From assembly GCF_003334335.1 (NCBI RefSeq), contig NZ_QOWQ01000124.1: a DNA stretch of 1,072 nucleotides; one strand, given 5' to 3'. A program made the translations under genes and the position numbers. Each line of letters opens with the position of its first letter. The stretch's first letter is position 1. Below the pieces are notes generated by a model. It had not been told where the DNA came from, searched no databases, and worked only from the letters and a program-made list of their open reading frames with translations. This document shows, in pieces, positions 1 through 1,072 of the stretch. This DNA comes from Escherichia coli. GTDB taxonomy: Bacteria > Pseudomonadota > Gammaproteobacteria > Enterobacterales > Enterobacteriaceae.

Positions 1-89
1 CACATGCTGAGGGTGCTGTCCGGGTGCAGCTCCGGGTCGGGCAGGCGGTTACCTGCCGGGTCTGTGGCATACGGGATATCAATGCCCAG
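1..89 (-). pseudogene. Orphan Rhs core fragment, 5'-truncated (internal core segment, no start codon in window; continues beyond position 1). May be annotated as a partial RHS repeat protein CDS or as a pseudogene
   Basis: Minus-strand translation of 89..3 is LGIDIPYATDPAGNRLPDPELHPDSTLSM. From memory, IPYATDPAGNRLPDPELHPDSTL matches an internal segment of enterobacterial Rhs cores roughly 300 residues upstream of the core C-terminus. GC content is about 66% (my hand count), like Rhs core and unlike the AT-rich DNA next to it. The frame is open from the immunity stop (123..125) to the window edge, with no ATG or GTG upstream of the homology. Confidence 0.6.
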
Positions 90-122
90 GTTACATATAA
101 TAATAAGAGCAATTAACTTAAT

Positions 123-449
123 TTATTTGTTTATAATGCGCTTACTTAATACAAACCATTGAACATACCCTCCTGACAGAAAATAAAGCCATATTATTAT
201 CGCCATAATATACTTACTATCAATCCTTACGCCAATAATGTCTGATACAGCCCCTATAAATATTAGAGCAATAAAGAATACTTTGCCTGTTGGAAAACAT
301 ATTACCATCATTCCATAAGACATGAGACTAATTAACTCGCTCACATCACGAGTGGAGTCTAATAGTGAAAGTCTATGCATGGAAAAGAATAGTATTAAAA
401 GCGATAAAGCCAGCCATATAGCTCTGAATAAAAAAATAATATATTTCAT
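123..449 (-). CDS. Putative cognate immunity protein for the Rhs CT toxin; small polytopic inner-membrane protein (108 aa, about 4 predicted transmembrane helices)
   Basis: ORF of 108 aa with ATG at 449..447 overlapping the toxin TAA stop by 1 nt (minus-strand TAATG). A GGAG Shine-Dalgarno sits 7 nt upstream. The protein is very hydrophobic, with about four helix-length hydrophobic stretches (YIIFLFRAIWLALSLLILFFSM, ISLMSYGMMVICF, VFFIALIFIGAVSDIIGV, YIMAIIIWLYFLSGGYVQWFVL) and a short basic C-terminus (SKRIINK). Position immediately 3' of an Rhs CT domain is the canonical immunity-gene arrangement. AT-rich like the toxin domain. Confidence 0.8.
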   Translation of the reverse strand: MKYIIFLFRAIWLALSLLILFFSMHRLSLLDSTRDVSELISLMSYGMMVICFPTGKVFFIALIFIGAVSDIIGVRIDSKYIMAIIIWLYFLSGGYVQWFVLSKRIINK

Positions 450-1072
450 TACATCACTCCGGTGAATACAAATCTAATAAAACGTCCAATGTTATTTCCG
501 GAGCACTTCATCTTACATGTTTCTAAAGAATCATTAGACCAGTCTTGGCAGTTTTTAAATAGCCCTAAATTTATAGGTGTGAATATATCAGGCAATACAG
601 AATAACGCGGCCTTACCTCTTTAAACTTCCCTTTTAAACAGTTCTCCACACAACTATTATCGGTTTCAACGAGGTCACAACGGCCAGCAGCTTCTTTTGT
701 ATCATTACTTGCTTTACCTGGCCCCCATAGACCATCTCCTTTTGATTCTCCCCGTTGGTCTTGGCCACCACAAGTATAGTCCCCTTTACCATCTGGGACA
801 CAAAGATATTGATGATAGAACGGATTCCCCCATATATCTGGACCGCTTCTTTCACCAGTTCCGCCCATTGAATGCAGTGGCTTAATGCATTTTAGTGTTT
901 CTAATCCTAATGGATCTATATTTGAGATCGGATTCAACGGATACTGATAAAAATTCCATCCCCCTTTCAGCCCAATCGGATCCTGAGTGATATATCGCCC
1001 CTGCAGCGGGTCATAATAGCGGTGGCGGTTGTAATACAGGCCGGACTCCTCATCATACTGCTGCCCCGGCAG
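449..1072 (-). CDS. Rhs-family polymorphic toxin, C-terminal part (5' end lies beyond position 1072): end of conserved Rhs core plus variable C-terminal toxin domain of unknown function
   Basis: The minus-strand frame is open from the window edge. My translation of 1072..902 is [57 protein letters not shown], which I recognise from memory (not database-checked) as the conserved C-terminal end of enterobacterial Rhs cores, finishing in the DPxGL motif. The supplied ORF 449..937 is the same frame; its reported 'M' is a TTG codon (935..937) encoding an internal Leu, so the true start is upstream of the window. After DPLGL there are 150 non-conserved residues (901..452) and a TAA stop at 449..451. 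Confidence 0.9.
   Translation of the reverse strand: MPGQQYDEESGLYYNRHRYYDPLQGRYITQDPIGLKGGWNFYQYPLNPISNIDPLGLETLKCIKPLHSMGGTGERSGPDIWGNPFYHQYLCVPDGKGDYTCGGQDQRGESKGDGLWGPGKASNDTKEAAGRCDLVETDNSCVENCLKGKFKEVRPRYSVLPDIFTPINLGLFKNCQDWSNDSLETCKMKCSGNNIGRFIRFVFTGVM
457..460 (-). promoter_or_regulatory. Shine-Dalgarno (GGAG) for the immunity gene, embedded in the last codons of the toxin CDS
   Basis: Minus-strand sequence CCGGAGTGATGTAATG: GGAG, a 7-nt spacer, then the ATG at 449..447. The spacing is typical for a bacterial ribosome-binding site and consistent with translational coupling. Confidence 0.55.
902..916 (-). other. DPLGL (DPxGL) motif marking the boundary between conserved Rhs core and variable CT toxin domain
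   Basis: Codons at 916..902 on the minus strand translate to D-P-L-G-L, directly preceded by the conserved [11 protein letters not shown] context. In Rhs/YD-repeat toxins this motif is the established core/CT demarcation and autoproteolysis region. Confidence 0.8.

Noticed and set aside
90-122. Possible transcription terminator between the immunity gene and the orphan fragment
   Set aside because: The interval is AT-rich with no GC-rich inverted repeat followed by a T-tract, so no intrinsic terminator is supported.
452-560. Possible internal promoter for the immunity gene within the 3' end of the toxin CDS
   Set aside because: Only weak -35/-10-like hexamers are present on the minus strand (for example TTGGAC ... 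TATTCA), nothing close to consensus. In AT-rich DNA such matches arise by chance, so I make no call without 5'-end mapping.
634-855. 73-aa minus-strand ORF in an alternative frame
   Set aside because: It lies entirely within the Rhs CT coding region in a different frame, with no upstream ribosome-binding site or recognisable protein features. It is most likely a chance ORF in AT-rich DNA.
697-885. 62-aa plus-strand ORF antisense to the toxin CDS
   Set aside because: It is antisense to a well-supported CDS, short and proline/histidine/leucine-rich with low complexity, and has no start context. I treat it as spurious.
935-937. Reported start codon (TTG shown as M) of the 162-aa ORF
   Set aside because: The frame stays open upstream to the window edge and encodes conserved Rhs core sequence, so this TTG is an internal leucine codon, not the start of translation.
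1-1072. CRISPR array, tRNA/rRNA genes, insertion-sequence inverted repeats
   Set aside because: I found no regularly spaced direct repeats, no tRNA-like cloverleaf-forming segment, and no terminal inverted repeats or transposase-like ORF. The window is fully accounted for by the Rhs toxin, immunity and orphan-core architecture.

Overview
This window is the 3' end of an Rhs-family polymorphic toxin locus, read on the minus strand and probably from an Enterobacteriaceae genome. It holds three things in order: (1) the end of a large rhs gene (449..1072, 5' end outside the window), comprising the last conserved core residues up to the DPLGL demarcation motif and a ~150-aa variable C-terminal (CT) toxin domain that is AT-rich, cysteine-rich and of no family I can recognise; (2) a 108-aa polytopic membrane protein (123..449) whose ATG overlaps the toxin stop by 1 nt (TAATG), the expected position of the cognate immunity gene; (3) the start of a 5'-truncated orphan Rhs core fragment (1..~89) with no start codon in the window, which suggests a downstream array of alternative toxin/immunity cassettes. 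Composition changes sharply from GC-rich core sequence to AT-rich CT and immunity sequence and back. No RNA genes, CRISPR arrays or transposase genes are visible. The lead worth following is the toxin/immunity pair: a Cys-rich toxin domain with a membrane-embedded immunity protein, pointing to an envelope target.
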